Below, in pieces: positions 25,606 to 35,024 of a stretch of 40,057 nt of DNA. The notes under the pieces are model-generated. The model worked only from the letters and a program-made list of their open reading frames with translations. It did no database searches and was not told the DNA's origin. The position numbers were made by a program, and so were the translations under genes. Position 1 is the first letter of the stretch; every line of letters begins with the position of its first letter. Source of the DNA: Actinomycetes bacterium (GTDB lineage Bacteria > Actinomycetota > Actinomycetes > JAHEKZ01); contig DATKIY010000226.1 in the NCBI GenBank assembly GCA_035543875.1, positions 1 to 40,057 of the forward strand, in the 5' to 3' direction.

Positions 25606-25754
25606 GTCTTTTCAGCTGGTGCGATCAGGAGGGCGGCTAGGTCAGTCGAGCAGGTATCCGACATAGACCCGCTTGACCTGCGGAAATGGCCCTCTCGCTT
25701 CGTCATCCACAGGTTCGTGACCGGAAATCGGCCAAACGGTTACCAGACGAGGGC

Positions 25755-25784
25755 TTGACTTTCAGTGAGCGACGCGCGTGTAAT
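25755..25784 (+). promoter_or_regulatory. candidate sigma-A type promoter of the whiB2-like gene
   Basis: TTGACT (25755-25760) - 18 nt - TGTAAT (25779-25784), about 85 nt upstream of the proposed GTG start. Sequence-only prediction. Confidence 0.3.
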
Positions 25785-25869
25785 TCCACGCATGTCGTTC
25801 AGCCTGGACGCGGCAACAGCCGCACCCCGGGGAAGGACAGGGGACGCGCAAGGGTCGAGGAGGAGCGCG

Positions 25870-26139
25870 GTGAACGAGGTAATGAGCGAGACGTGCGAGG
25901 TCGTGCCGACCGACGAGGAAGAGCTCGGCTGGCAGGAAAGGGCGCTGTGTGCCCAGACCGATCCGGAGGCATTTTTCCCTGAAAAGGGCGGATCCACCCG
26001 AGAAGCCAAGAAAGTCTGTCTCTCGTGCGATGTACGTGGTGACTGCCTGGAGTACGCACTGGGCCACGACGAGCGCTTCGGCATCTGGGGCGGTCTGTCA
26101 GAGCGTGAGCGCCGTCGACTGAAGAAAGAAGCGGTCTAG
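25870..26139 (+). CDS. whiB: WhiB-family Fe-S transcription factor (WhiB2/WhmD/WhiB type)
   Basis: Four Cys pattern ALCAQ...KVCLSCDVRGDCLEYAL followed by the GIWGG turn and a basic tail RERRRLKK. Start set to GTG 25870 (GGAGGAG ending 5 nt upstream; gives 89 aa, as for WhiB2) rather than track 25765. Confidence 0.9.
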   Translation: MNEVMSETCEVVPTDEEELGWQERALCAQTDPEAFFPEKGGSTREAKKVCLSCDVRGDCLEYALGHDERFGIWGGLSERERRRLKKEAV

Positions 26140-26237
26140 CGCAGGGTTCTGTCCCGGTGCTAAGCCCGTGGCCAGTCCCCGGTTCGGGGCGTATGAGGTG
26201 AGCGTGTCGCGCCGCGTAGGGTGGGGCGCCGCCCGCC

Positions 26238-29200
26238 ATGAACCTTCCAAACGACGAACTCGACGCGGATCGCCGCGCGGTGCCCGACGACGACGTCGCG
26301 CACCCTTTTGCCAACCCTTCGGCTGATGAGCCTGCGCCTGGCCGGGTCCTCGCCGTGCTGGTGTGTCACAACGGTGAGCAGTTCGTCCCCCGTGCCTTGC
26401 GCGCACTCGCTGCCCTAGACACCAAGCCGGACTGGCTCGTCGCCGTCGATGTCGGTTCTGAAGACGACACGCTCGCCCTTCTCCAGGTCGCGGGGAGCCC
26501 GGTCAACGAGATTCTTCGGGTGCCGGAAGGGACCGGATTCTCGCTGGCTGTGCACGCCGGGATCGATGCCTCTGGAGCAAGCGACTGGGTGTGGGTTCTG
26601 CACGATGACAGTGCACCCGAGCCACGCGCGCTTGGGGAGTTGCTCAGCGCAGCCGATGGACAGGCTTCGGTCGGCGTCGTTGGTCCCAAGGTGTTGGGCT
26701 GGGACGAGCCACGACGGTTGCTTGAGGTCGGCATCTCCATCAGTCGGTCAGGTCGTCGACACACCGGTCTTGAAGACGGTGAGCAGGACCAGGGGCAGCA
26801 CGACGGGCAGCGGGATGTACTTGCTGTCGGAAGCGCTGGCGCGCTGATTCGGCGCGAGGTCTGGGATCGACTAGGCGGTTTCGACAAAAGTATTCGGCTC
26901 TTCCGCGACGACGTCGATTTCGGCTGGCGAGCCAACCTGGCCGGCTATCGCGTGGTCGTTGCCACCGACGCCGTGATTCATCATGCCGAGGCCGCGGCGC
27001 ACGGTAGGCGGCGCGGACTTCGTCGAATCCACCGAGACGACCGAACCAGTGCGCTCTACGTTCTACTGGTCAACAGCACCGTGTGGACGTTATGGATGCG
27101 ATGGCTCTGGTTGGTCTTCGTGTCGCTGGTTCGGGCGCTGGGCTTCCTGGTCGGCAAGTCACCGCAGGAAGCAGCCGGTGAGATGAGTGCCATCGGCCAG
27201 GCCCTGTTCCGCCCCCGACCTATTCGACGCGGACGTCGTTCACGTCGTCGTCGCCGTGAAGTGCCGCAGCGCTCGCTGCGCCGACTGTTCCCCCCGCCGG
27301 GGCAACAGCTTCGGCAAACCGCAGAAACGTTCGCAAGTTCGCTGACCGTCACCGAGGAAGTCGAGCCGTCGTCGGCCCTCGAAAGCGGCTCGACCGACGA
27401 AGACCTGGACGTTTTCGCCACCACGGGCTCGGGTCGCATTCGTCGGTTGGTCCGTCGTCCGGGCTCACTGCTCTTCATCACCTTGGTCACGCTCGGTCTC
27501 GTCGCTTGGCGAGGGTTGTACCGAGGCGGCGTCCTTCACGGCGGCGCGCTACTCCCAGTGCCGAACGGCGCGTCGGACCTCTGGTCGACCTACTTGGCAT
27601 CGTGGCATCCGATATCAGCTGGGAGCCCGGTGGTAGCGCCACCTTCGTTGGCTGTGTTTGGCGGCTTCGCCACGCTCGTGTTTGGCAAGGCCACGTGGGT
27701 AGTCCCAATAATCATGGTGGTTGGTCCTGCGTTGGCGGGGTTGGTTGCTTACTGGCTGCTGACAACTCTTGCTGTGTCGACCCGACTTCGCCTTTGGGCG
27801 GCGGTTGCCTATGCACTGAACCCCGCGCTGCTTGCGGCCATCATGCAGGGGCGATGGTCCACCGTTGTGGTGGCAGTTGTCCTTCCGCTGTTGGCCTTTG
27901 CCACCGTCCGCGCTTGCGGTGTTCATGGACGCGAACCTTCGGGAAGGGCAGCGGCAGCTTCCGCATTGCTGCTGTCGATCGCGGTGGCAGTGGCGCCTGT
28001 GATGTTGCTCCCGCTGGAGCTGATCGGTGTCATCGCGGTTCTACGTTTGGCGTCGGCGCACCGCGCACGGCTGCGGTTGACCGCTGCATTGCTTGCTCCT
28101 GTTGTGTTGCTTCTGCCGTGGGTTCCGCAGGTGTTGAGCGACCCAGCATTGCTCTTGCTCGAGCCCGGTGTTCCGTTGTCGGATAACCCTGCGCCGCCAT
28201 GGCATGTGCTGTTGTTGAACCCCGGCGGACTAGCCGCTCTTCCGCTGGTGCTTGGTGTTGGGATCGTTGTCGCTGGCGTTGCAGCAACTGTCCGTGCCAG
28301 CGACGTGCGGGCCATCCGTTACTCCATTGGTTTCGCCATGGTGGGCTTGGCCTGGGCGTTGGTCATCACATCCATCAGCATCACCCCAGGTTTTAGTGCC
28401 GTGCCGGTGGCGCCGTGGGCGGGCCCGCCGCTCGTGTTAGCGGCTGCGGGGTTGATCGCAGCTGCCGCTATCGCCGCGCGGTCTAGCCGGCGTCGCTTGG
28501 AATCTCGCGCGCTGTCGTGGCGGCAACCGGCTCTAGCGTTAGTCACTGGCGTTGCAGTGATCCTGCCGATCTTCACGGCGGTTTGGTGGATCGAGTCAGG
28601 TTCGTCTGGTGTCTTGTACCGGGGGGTTGCAAACCCGATGCCGGCATTCGTGCGTGCGCAGTCAGAGCTGCCAACCCAGATCCGCACGCTGGTCCTTGAG
28701 CCGAGCAGCGGTCGGTTGACCTACACGTTGCTCAGGCGGCAGGACTCCCAGTTCGGCGACGTCGAGATTTCGCCGCCAGCTGCGAAACTCAGTGATTTGG
28801 ACGCCGTGGTCGCTGACCTGGCCAGTGGTCGTGGGAGCGCGCCCGTGGACCAGCTCGCGCAGTACGCAGTTCAGTACATCCTTGCGGTCCCTCCGGTGGA
28901 TCCCGCCCTTGAAGTCGCATTGGACTCAGCTCCCGGTCTCCTGCGCGTGGCAAACCCCGGTGAGTCATCTCTGTGGCGACTGCAGCGACCCACCGGTCGA
29001 CTACGCGTGCGGGACTCCGACCGGACGAGCGCCGTTCTCCCGTCAGGAACGGTCGACGCGCAGGTGCCGTTGCCGGCGGGCACTTCCGACCGGCTGTTGG
29101 AGTTGGCCGAGTTGGCTGACTCGGGCTGGACCGCCAGTGCAAACGGCGAGGAACTGGGCAAGCAAAGTGTGGCCGGTTGGTCGCAAGGCTTCGTGGCCAC

Positions 29201-29339
29201 TGCGGCGCCCGACACAGTGGTGATCGAGCACTCCAACCGAGGGCGGTCAGTGATGTTCCTCGTGCAGCTGCTCGCCTTCGTTGTTGCGGTGGTGATGGCA
29301 CTTCCCAGTCGACGCCGTAAGCAAGAGGTGGTCGTATGA
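26238..29339 (+). CDS. 1033-aa glycosyltransferase family 2 domain fused to a large polytopic membrane domain
   Basis: GT-A region about nt 26343-26987: VLAVLVCHNGEQFV, WVWVLHDDSAP (DxD-like), GSAGALIRREVWDRLGGFD, FRDDVDFGWR. Arg-rich linker RPRPIRRGRRSRRRRREVPQRSLRR (about 27210-27284). At least 12 hydrophobic segments follow, then an extracytoplasmic-looking C-terminal domain and a final TM. Confidence 0.85.
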   Translation: MNLPNDELDADRRAVPDDDVAHPFANPSADEPAPGRVLAVLVCHNGEQFVPRALRALAALDTKPDWLVAVDVGSEDDTLALLQVAGSPVNEILRVPEGTGFSLAVHAGIDASGASDWVWVLHDDSAPEPRALGELLSAADGQASVGVVGPKVLGWDEPRRLLEVGISISRSGRRHTGLEDGEQDQGQHDGQRDVLAVGSAGALIRREVWDRLGGFDKSIRLFRDDVDFGWRANLAGYRVVVATDAVIHHAEAAAHGRRRGLRRIHRDDRTSALYVLLVNSTVWTLWMRWLWLVFVSLVRALGFLVGKSPQEAAGEMSAIGQALFRPRPIRRGRRSRRRRREVPQRSLRRLFPPPGQQLRQTAETFASSLTVTEEVEPSSALESGSTDEDLDVFATTGSGRIRRLVRRPGSLLFITLVTLGLVAWRGLYRGGVLHGGALLPVPNGASDLWSTYLASWHPISAGSPVVAPPSLAVFGGFATLVFGKATWVVPIIMVVGPALAGLVAYWLLTTLAVSTRLRLWAAVAYALNPALLAAIMQGRWSTVVVAVVLPLLAFATVRACGVHGREPSGRAAAASALLLSIAVAVAPVMLLPLELIGVIAVLRLASAHRARLRLTAALLAPVVLLLPWVPQVLSDPALLLLEPGVPLSDNPAPPWHVLLLNPGGLAALPLVLGVGIVVAGVAATVRASDVRAIRYSIGFAMVGLAWALVITSISITPGFSAVPVAPWAGPPLVLAAAGLIAAAAIAARSSRRRLESRALSWRQPALALVTGVAVILPIFTAVWWIESGSSGVLYRGVANPMPAFVRAQSELPTQIRTLVLEPSSGRLTYTLLRRQDSQFGDVEISPPAAKLSDLDAVVADLASGRGSAPVDQLAQYAVQYILAVPPVDPALEVALDSAPGLLRVANPGESSLWRLQRPTGRLRVRDSDRTSAVLPSGTVDAQVPLPAGTSDRLLELAELADSGWTASANGEELGKQSVAGWSQGFVATAAPDTVVIEHSNRGRSVMFLVQLLAFVVAVVMALPSRRRKQEVVV

Positions 29340-30889
29340 GCGACCGAGAGACATCTGCCGGCGGCCCGACTCCGCCACGGTCGAACATGTCGTGGCTGCG
29401 GCGACCGATGACTCACCTATTGCTTGTGGTGGCCGTTCTCGTTGGCGCTGGCGCACTAGCGACTGTCCTTGCTCCTTCGGTTCGCGGGCCCGAGGCAGCA
29501 GCGACCTCTCAGGTGCCCGTGAGCGAGACGCTCGTCGCGTGTCCCGGCCTGCGTTCGCGTGAAGGTTTTACCGAGTCGACCGTCGCGGCTGCAACGCCGC
29601 CGCAGGTCAGTGGAGTCGATGCCGGCGAGGCCGGAACGGGTGTCGTGCGCACGCTTACTAAGGACCCATCAGACGACAAGACACTGATCCAGCTCTCGGC
29701 GCCGGGCGACCGAGGCGCATACACCGGACGCAATGGCGAACGCGACTCGGTGACCGGCTCGGCGCAAGGATCACTAGCGCCGGGATTCTCCGTGACGCAG
29801 ACCGAGCGGACGGTCGACGGTCCTGGCCGCGGCCTCGCCGGTACGCAGTGTCTGCCGACGAGCAACGACTTTTGGTTTGTGGGTGCGGCATCCGGAGTCG
29901 GCCAGGGAGCGGTGCTGGTGCTGACGAACCCAGAAGATGCGATCGCGACCGTCGATGTTGACGTGTTTGGGCGCAGGGGACCGGTTGATGCGCCAGGAGC
30001 GCGAGGCATCGAGGTGCCAGCGCGCAAGAGCGTAGACATCAGACTCGACCAGGTGGCTCCTGGCCAAGCCGTTACGGCGTTGAATGTTCAGGTCCGCGTT
30101 GGTCGCTTGTCCGCAGCGGTTACCGAGACCGATGTATTTGGCCGAGAGCCGCGCGGAACCGACTGGATTCCTGGGGCAGAGCCGCCTTCGACCGAACTCG
30201 TCGTTCCTGGAGTGCCCGCAACAACGCAGGGTCGTGATTCCTCAGTCCGGCTCGACGTCGTCGCCCCCGGAGAAGCCGCGGTGGCATCGATTCGTCTGAT
30301 CACCCCCGAGGGAACGTTCGCGCCGCAGGGTGCCGATGTGATCGACGTGCCTGCTGGAGGCATCAAGTCCGTCGACCTTACGGACGCACTTCGCGGCGAT
30401 ACGGCAGCCATCGAGGTGACGTCTGACGTGCCCGTGACAGCCGGGGCGAGGGTCTTCCTCAATCAGCCCGGACTTTTCGGCGACCTGATGTTTCTCGCGG
30501 CGAGCCCGCCGCTTGGCGCACCAGCTGTAGTGCCTGACAACCGGATCACCAAAGACCTCGCGACGCGACTGCTACTCACCGCACCCGTGGGTGACGCAAC
30601 CGTGGACGTGTCGGCATTTGCTGGCGACCAGCAGATCCCGATCGATCAGGTGGACCTCGCCGGTGGAACCTCGTCGACCCTGAATATTCGTCCACCGCGC
30701 GGTCTCAAACGTTTTGGCCTCGTCGTGACACCAGAGACCGGGTCATCTGTCGTGTACGGCGTTCGCATGCTCGATGAAGAAGGGCCGCGCGGACCACTCG
30801 TCACCTCGTTCCCGCTGCGAACTGCGCGGCTGCTGGCGACCGTTCCGGTCACCATCCCTGACGTGCGCGCGGGGACAGTCGACCGCTAG
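29336..30889 (+). CDS. membrane-anchored extracytoplasmic protein, DUF5719-like, function unknown
   Basis: The ATG overlaps the GT2 stop (ATGA at 29336-29339). N-terminal anchor LLLVVAVLVGAGALATVLAP. The rest is hydrophilic and beta-rich. The DUF5719 label comes from my recollection that this family follows the large GT2 gene near whiB in actinobacteria; it is unverified. Confidence 0.65.
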   Translation: MSDRETSAGGPTPPRSNMSWLRRPMTHLLLVVAVLVGAGALATVLAPSVRGPEAAATSQVPVSETLVACPGLRSREGFTESTVAAATPPQVSGVDAGEAGTGVVRTLTKDPSDDKTLIQLSAPGDRGAYTGRNGERDSVTGSAQGSLAPGFSVTQTERTVDGPGRGLAGTQCLPTSNDFWFVGAASGVGQGAVLVLTNPEDAIATVDVDVFGRRGPVDAPGARGIEVPARKSVDIRLDQVAPGQAVTALNVQVRVGRLSAAVTETDVFGREPRGTDWIPGAEPPSTELVVPGVPATTQGRDSSVRLDVVAPGEAAVASIRLITPEGTFAPQGADVIDVPAGGIKSVDLTDALRGDTAAIEVTSDVPVTAGARVFLNQPGLFGDLMFLAASPPLGAPAVVPDNRITKDLATRLLLTAPVGDATVDVSAFAGDQQIPIDQVDLAGGTSSTLNIRPPRGLKRFGLVVTPETGSSVVYGVRMLDEEGPRGPLVTSFPLRTARLLATVPVTIPDVRAGTVDR

Positions 30890-30893
30890 CTGC

Positions 30894-31334
30894 TCATTCG
30901 CCGTACTCGGGGTCGATGTCTTCGGGGTCGGTATCCAGCACGCGACCCATCTGCTCGGCCAGGACGTCGCGGACGAGGGCGATCAACTCGTCATGGTCCG
31001 CGCATCGCAGTTCGATCGGTCGTCGGTAGAACGTGATCAACTGCCGCGGCGGAGTCGTTCCGGGCGGTGCAAGTGTTCTCTTACTGGTCGCCGCAAGCGG
31101 TACCTCGCGTTGCTCCCAGGCGGTCAGCAGCAGCCTGTGGGGAGGGATGTCCTCAATCGCGAACTCCATGGTCTCGAGTTCGTCTGGCCACCGGAGCTCA
31201 AGCCGTTCGACCGCGCTCAAGACAACGTCGTCGAAATGGGCCGCTCGGCTGCTGGACGCTGGGACGGTCGGTGGCGCCAGCGGGCCCCGCAGACCTCTGC
31301 CATGACGATCACGACGCACCCTTGGGGAGGCCAT
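30894..31334 (-). CDS. small conserved protein resembling the Zincin_1/DUF1025 'metallopeptidase family protein' but without HExxH
   Basis: N-terminus RRDRHGRGLRGPLAPPTVP and the C-terminal acidic tail DPEDIDPEYGE are as I remember for this family. The expected HExxH position reads AEQMG. Confidence 0.6.
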   Translation of the reverse strand: MASPRVRRDRHGRGLRGPLAPPTVPASSSRAAHFDDVVLSAVERLELRWPDELETMEFAIEDIPPHRLLLTAWEQREVPLAATSKRTLAPPGTTPPRQLITFYRRPIELRCADHDELIALVRDVLAEQMGRVLDTDPEDIDPEYGE

Positions 31335-31461
31335 GGGCGCAGGCTAGCGGCGGGCGGGTCCCTGCGACACGGCAGTTAACGGAAACGACACGATGAGCCG
31401 CGTCTTCGTTAATCCGAGATTCCGACCAGTGGCGCGGGTACCGTCACGCAGCGTGAGTCCT

Positions 31462-31860
31462 ATGCGGCGTTGCTCAAGAACGGCCTGTAACCGGCCAGCC
31501 ATCGCCACGCTCACCTACGTCTATGCCGACTCAACGGCCGTCTTAGGCCCGTTGGCCACGTACGCCGAACCTCACTGCTACGACCTGTGTACGGTCCACG
31601 GTGAGCGCCTCACGGCCCCTCGCGGCTGGGAAATTGTTCGGCTGGCTCCAGACCCCGATGCCCTCGGGCCAACCAGCGATGACCTAGAAGCGCTGGCTGA
31701 TGCGGTACGTGAGGCCGCACGGCCGGTTGCGCACGAGGTAGACGATGGTCACCTGCGGCCAGAACATGGCCGTCGGGGCCACTTGCGGGTGCTTCCTCCG
31801 CTCGCTGACAGCGGGTCTGACCCGGCCCCTAACGCGGTCGCCGACCCCGTGGACGCCTGA
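31462..31860 (+). CDS. DUF3499 domain protein (Rv3258c-like)
   Basis: MRRCSRTACNRPAIATLTYVYADSTAVLGPLATYAEPHCYDLCTVHGERLTAPRGWE is the typical DUF3499 opening. Start moved to ATG 31462 from track 31393. Confidence 0.75.
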   Translation: MRRCSRTACNRPAIATLTYVYADSTAVLGPLATYAEPHCYDLCTVHGERLTAPRGWEIVRLAPDPDALGPTSDDLEALADAVREAARPVAHEVDDGHLRPEHGRRGHLRVLPPLADSGSDPAPNAVADPVDA

Positions 31861-31913
31861 CTTCCTTCGTTTTCTTCGGTTGTCGGACGCCCATGTTGTC
31901 CGTTTCATCCCTT

Positions 31914-31942
31914 TTGTCTCTTTAATGCTATTTACGTAGAAT
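31914..31942 (+). promoter_or_regulatory. candidate strong sigma-A/sigma-70 type promoter in a locally AT-rich spacer
   Basis: TTGTCT (31914-31919) - 17 nt - TAGAAT (31937-31942). It lies in an unusually T-rich stretch (31861-31945) about 95 nt upstream of ATG 32039. Confidence 0.4.
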
Positions 31943-32038
31943 CGCCCTGAACTCAACCCCAACCGGGCTGTTTGCCGATGAGCAGGCATTGGCTCGAGAC
32001 ATCAGCACTCATATCTGATCACACGGAAGAAGCCCGCC

Positions 32039-32293
32039 ATGCCCCGCTCAGCTGCTCCCGCCCTGTCTGTTCCGCTCGGTTCGTTGACCCAGCACGGCGC
32101 TCGGGGGCAGGCCAGCTGTGCTGCCTGCTCCAGTGAGCGCGTCACCTCGCTCAGCATGACGCTGACTGACGGCACGCCCGTCGAGTTCGTCTCGTGTCAC
32201 CGCTGTGAGCACAAGACCTGGCGCGACGCCAGCGGCATCGACCGTTCCGAGCTGGCCGTCGACTCGGTGCTCGACAAGACCCGCAAGCAGTAG
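32039..32293 (+). CDS. 84-aa four-cysteine (zinc-ribbon-like) protein, function unknown
   Basis: CAAC...(22 aa)...CHRC spacing typical of a Zn ribbon. It is the first ORF after the predicted promoter and 66 nt upstream of the phosphomannomutase gene. No family name recognised. Confidence 0.55.
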   Translation: MPRSAAPALSVPLGSLTQHGARGQASCAACSSERVTSLSMTLTDGTPVEFVSCHRCEHKTWRDASGIDRSELAVDSVLDKTRKQ

Positions 32294-32359
32294 CCAGAGC
32301 CGCCCCGGCTTCGGGATTCGTCGGCGAACACCTGACGCTGACGATTAGGCTCCCGCAGT

Positions 32360-33730
32360 GTGGCCAGCGACCTGTCGGCGATTTTCAAGGCATACGACAT
32401 CCGTGGTGTCGTGCCGGACCAGCTGAATCCGGACGTCTCTGCTGCCATTGGTGCTGCTTTTGTCGCTGTGCTGCGCGATCAGGGAGAAGTCCCAGGTGTT
32501 GTGGTGGGGTACGACATGCGTCCCACATCGCCGGAGCTTGCCGGCGCGTTCGCAGCTGGTGCGTCGGGGCAAGGAGCCGACGTCACGCTCATTGGGCTGG
32601 CGAGTACTGACGAGCTCTACTGCGCGTCCGGACTTCTCAGTCTGCCGGGTGCCATGTTCACCGCGAGCCATAACCCAGCGCAGTACAACGGGATCAAGCT
32701 TTGTCGAGCGAACGCTGCCCCCGTCGGTCAAGACTCGGGGTTGGGAGCTGTTCGCGACCTTGCAGCACAGGGACTGCCGGTGCCGCTGGCTGAACATGGA
32801 ACGTTGATAGAGCGCGACATGCTGACCGACTATGCGAACTACTTGAGGTCGCTCGTTGACCTGTCGGGAATTCGACCGTTGACGGTCGCGGTCGATGCCG
32901 GGAACGGCATGGCCGGACACACCGCACCGGCCGTGTTCGCGGACCTGCCACTCACCATCATCCCGTTGTACTTCGAGCTGGATGGCACCTTCCCCAACCA
33001 TGAGGCGAACCCGATCGATCCGGCCAACCTGCGTGACTTGCAACAGGCCGTGCGCGAGTCAGGTGCTGACATCGGGCTTGCGTTCGACGGCGATGCGGAT
33101 CGCTGTTTTGTGATCGACGAAAGAGGTGGGTTGGTTTCACCCAGCGTCCTCACGGCTTTAATCGCAGCCCGGGAGCTGGCTCGGGAGCCGGGTGGAACCG
33201 TGATTCACAATCTCATCACCAGCCGGACCGTTCCCGAAGTCGTACAGGAGCTTGGCGGGACTGCAGTTCGAACGAGAGTCGGTCATTCATTCATCAAGCA
33301 GGTGATGGCCGAGACCGGTGCCATCTTTGGTGGGGAGCACTCAGGTCATTTCTACTTCCGAGATTTCTGGCGAGCTGACTCGGGCATGCTGGCTGCGTTG
33401 CACACGCTGGCAGAACTCGGCCGGCAGGACGTTCCGCTTTCTGAGTTGCTGGCGCAGTACGACCGCTACGCGGCAAGCGGCGAGATCAACTCGACGGTCA
33501 CCGACGCCGACAAAGTGGTCAGTCGCATCCGCGACCAGTGGCAAGATCGGGCGGGCGTCCGCATCGATGACCTCGACGGATTGTCTGTCGACGGTGACTC
33601 GTGGTGGTTCAACGTACGGGCGAGCAACACCGAACCGCTCCTGAGGTTGAACGCAGAAGCGCGGGATGCAAGCACGATGGTGGAGATTCGTGACGAGGTG
33701 CTGGCAACGATCAAGGGGAGCGGCACATGA
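32360..33730 (+). CDS. manB: phosphomannomutase/phosphoglucomutase (Rv3257c-like)
   Basis: Active-site loop [14 protein letters not shown], Mg-binding FDGDADRCF, sugar-binding GGEHSGH. Confidence 0.92.
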   Translation: MASDLSAIFKAYDIRGVVPDQLNPDVSAAIGAAFVAVLRDQGEVPGVVVGYDMRPTSPELAGAFAAGASGQGADVTLIGLASTDELYCASGLLSLPGAMFTASHNPAQYNGIKLCRANAAPVGQDSGLGAVRDLAAQGLPVPLAEHGTLIERDMLTDYANYLRSLVDLSGIRPLTVAVDAGNGMAGHTAPAVFADLPLTIIPLYFELDGTFPNHEANPIDPANLRDLQQAVRESGADIGLAFDGDADRCFVIDERGGLVSPSVLTALIAARELAREPGGTVIHNLITSRTVPEVVQELGGTAVRTRVGHSFIKQVMAETGAIFGGEHSGHFYFRDFWRADSGMLAALHTLAELGRQDVPLSELLAQYDRYAASGEINSTVTDADKVVSRIRDQWQDRAGVRIDDLDGLSVDGDSWWFNVRASNTEPLLRLNAEARDASTMVEIRDEVLATIKGSGT

Positions 33731-33912
33731 ACATCGACCCACGACTGCTGGCGATTCTCGTCTGCCCTTCATGTCGCACGGCCGTTCGCGCTGACGAGGA
33801 CGCTAACGAGCTGGTGTGCGAGAACCCTTCCTGTGGGCTGGCCTATCCGGTCCGAGACGACATCCCCGTAATGCTGATTGACGAGGCTCGATCTCCAGGC
33901 CCCACCGCATGA
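33727..33912 (+). CDS. Trm112/UPF0434 family small zinc-finger protein
   Basis: [14 protein letters not shown]...[28 protein letters not shown]. The ATG overlaps the upstream stop (ATGA) and its own stop overlaps the next ATG. Confidence 0.8.
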   Translation: MNIDPRLLAILVCPSCRTAVRADEDANELVCENPSCGLAYPVRDDIPVMLIDEARSPGPTA

Positions 33913-35021
33913 CCGGCCTCGGCATCGACGTATCGGTGCTCGACGACCCGGCTGCGCTAGCTGATGGCGACCCTTCGTCGATGTTGCGTGAGGTTGCAAC
34001 CGCGGGAAGTCAAGTGAGGCAGGCGCTGATCGCGTGTAAGGAGTCCGGGCTAGCCGGCGTAGCGCGCGGTGGTCGACCACGGGCCGTCGTGGTCTCCGGA
34101 ATGGGTGGGTCCGGCATCGCTGGTCATGTACTGCAGGCTGCGGCTGGACCCGAGTGCCCCGTCCCGGTCGAACGCATCCGCGGGTGGGGGTTGCCGGCGT
34201 GGGTGGGCGCCGATGACTTGGTGCTGGCCGTCTCCAGTTCGGGGCGGACGGCGGAAACGTTGGCGTGCACTCGGGCCGCACTGGACCGAGGCTCGCGCGT
34301 GGTGGTCGTGGCTGCTGCCGGATCACCCTTGGTCGAGTTGGCCATCTCGGCAAACGTGCCTTGGGTCCGCGTCCCGGACGGTCGTCCACCACGTGCCAAC
34401 CTCTGGGCTCTTTCGGTGCCGTTGCTGGTGGCTGCGCATGACATCGGAATCATTGATGCGGCTGCTGCCGAGTTCGGCGTCGTCGCCGATCTGCTCGACG
34501 ATCTGGCAGAGCGCTGCGCTCCCGAGCGGCCGACCGTTGACAACCCCGCCAAACAGCTAGCCTCGGCGATGTCGGGCACCATTCCGATGATTTGGGGAAG
34601 CAGCGACCTGGCCGGGATCGCGGCGTACCGCTTGCTGTGCCAGCTGGCGGAGAACGCGAAATACCCATCGGTCAACGGCGTGCTTCCGGAGGCGCTCCAC
34701 AACCAGGTGGTTACGTTCTCCGAACCAACCATGGCTGGCCTGCGACTACACCTTGTCGTCCTGCGTGACAGTGTTGAACACCCCAAGGTAGCGGTGGCCG
34801 CTGCGGCGGCCGAGCAGTTGGCTGACGAATCTGGGGTGGCAGTCAGTCGCCTGCTCGCAGTAGGGGAACACCCACTCGAGCGGATGGCGAGTTTGTGTGC
34901 AATCGGCGACTTCGCAAGCGTCTACCTCGGTCTGTTGAATGGTGTTGATCCGACCCCGATCATGCCTATCCAGGTATTGAAGGACCGGTTGGCGGCTGCA
35001 TCAGACCAGGAGACGCGGTAG
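33909..35021 (+). CDS. SIS-domain bifunctional phosphoglucose/phosphomannose isomerase family protein (Rv3256c-like)
   Basis: SIS-type [15 protein letters not shown] and [15 protein letters not shown]. Position after the phosphomannomutase gene as in mycobacteria and streptomycetes. Confidence 0.75.
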   Translation: MTGLGIDVSVLDDPAALADGDPSSMLREVATAGSQVRQALIACKESGLAGVARGGRPRAVVVSGMGGSGIAGHVLQAAAGPECPVPVERIRGWGLPAWVGADDLVLAVSSSGRTAETLACTRAALDRGSRVVVVAAAGSPLVELAISANVPWVRVPDGRPPRANLWALSVPLLVAAHDIGIIDAAAAEFGVVADLLDDLAERCAPERPTVDNPAKQLASAMSGTIPMIWGSSDLAGIAAYRLLCQLAENAKYPSVNGVLPEALHNQVVTFSEPTMAGLRLHLVVLRDSVEHPKVAVAAAAAEQLADESGVAVSRLLAVGEHPLERMASLCAIGDFASVYLGLLNGVDPTPIMPIQVLKDRLAAASDQETR

Positions 35022-35024
35022 CCG

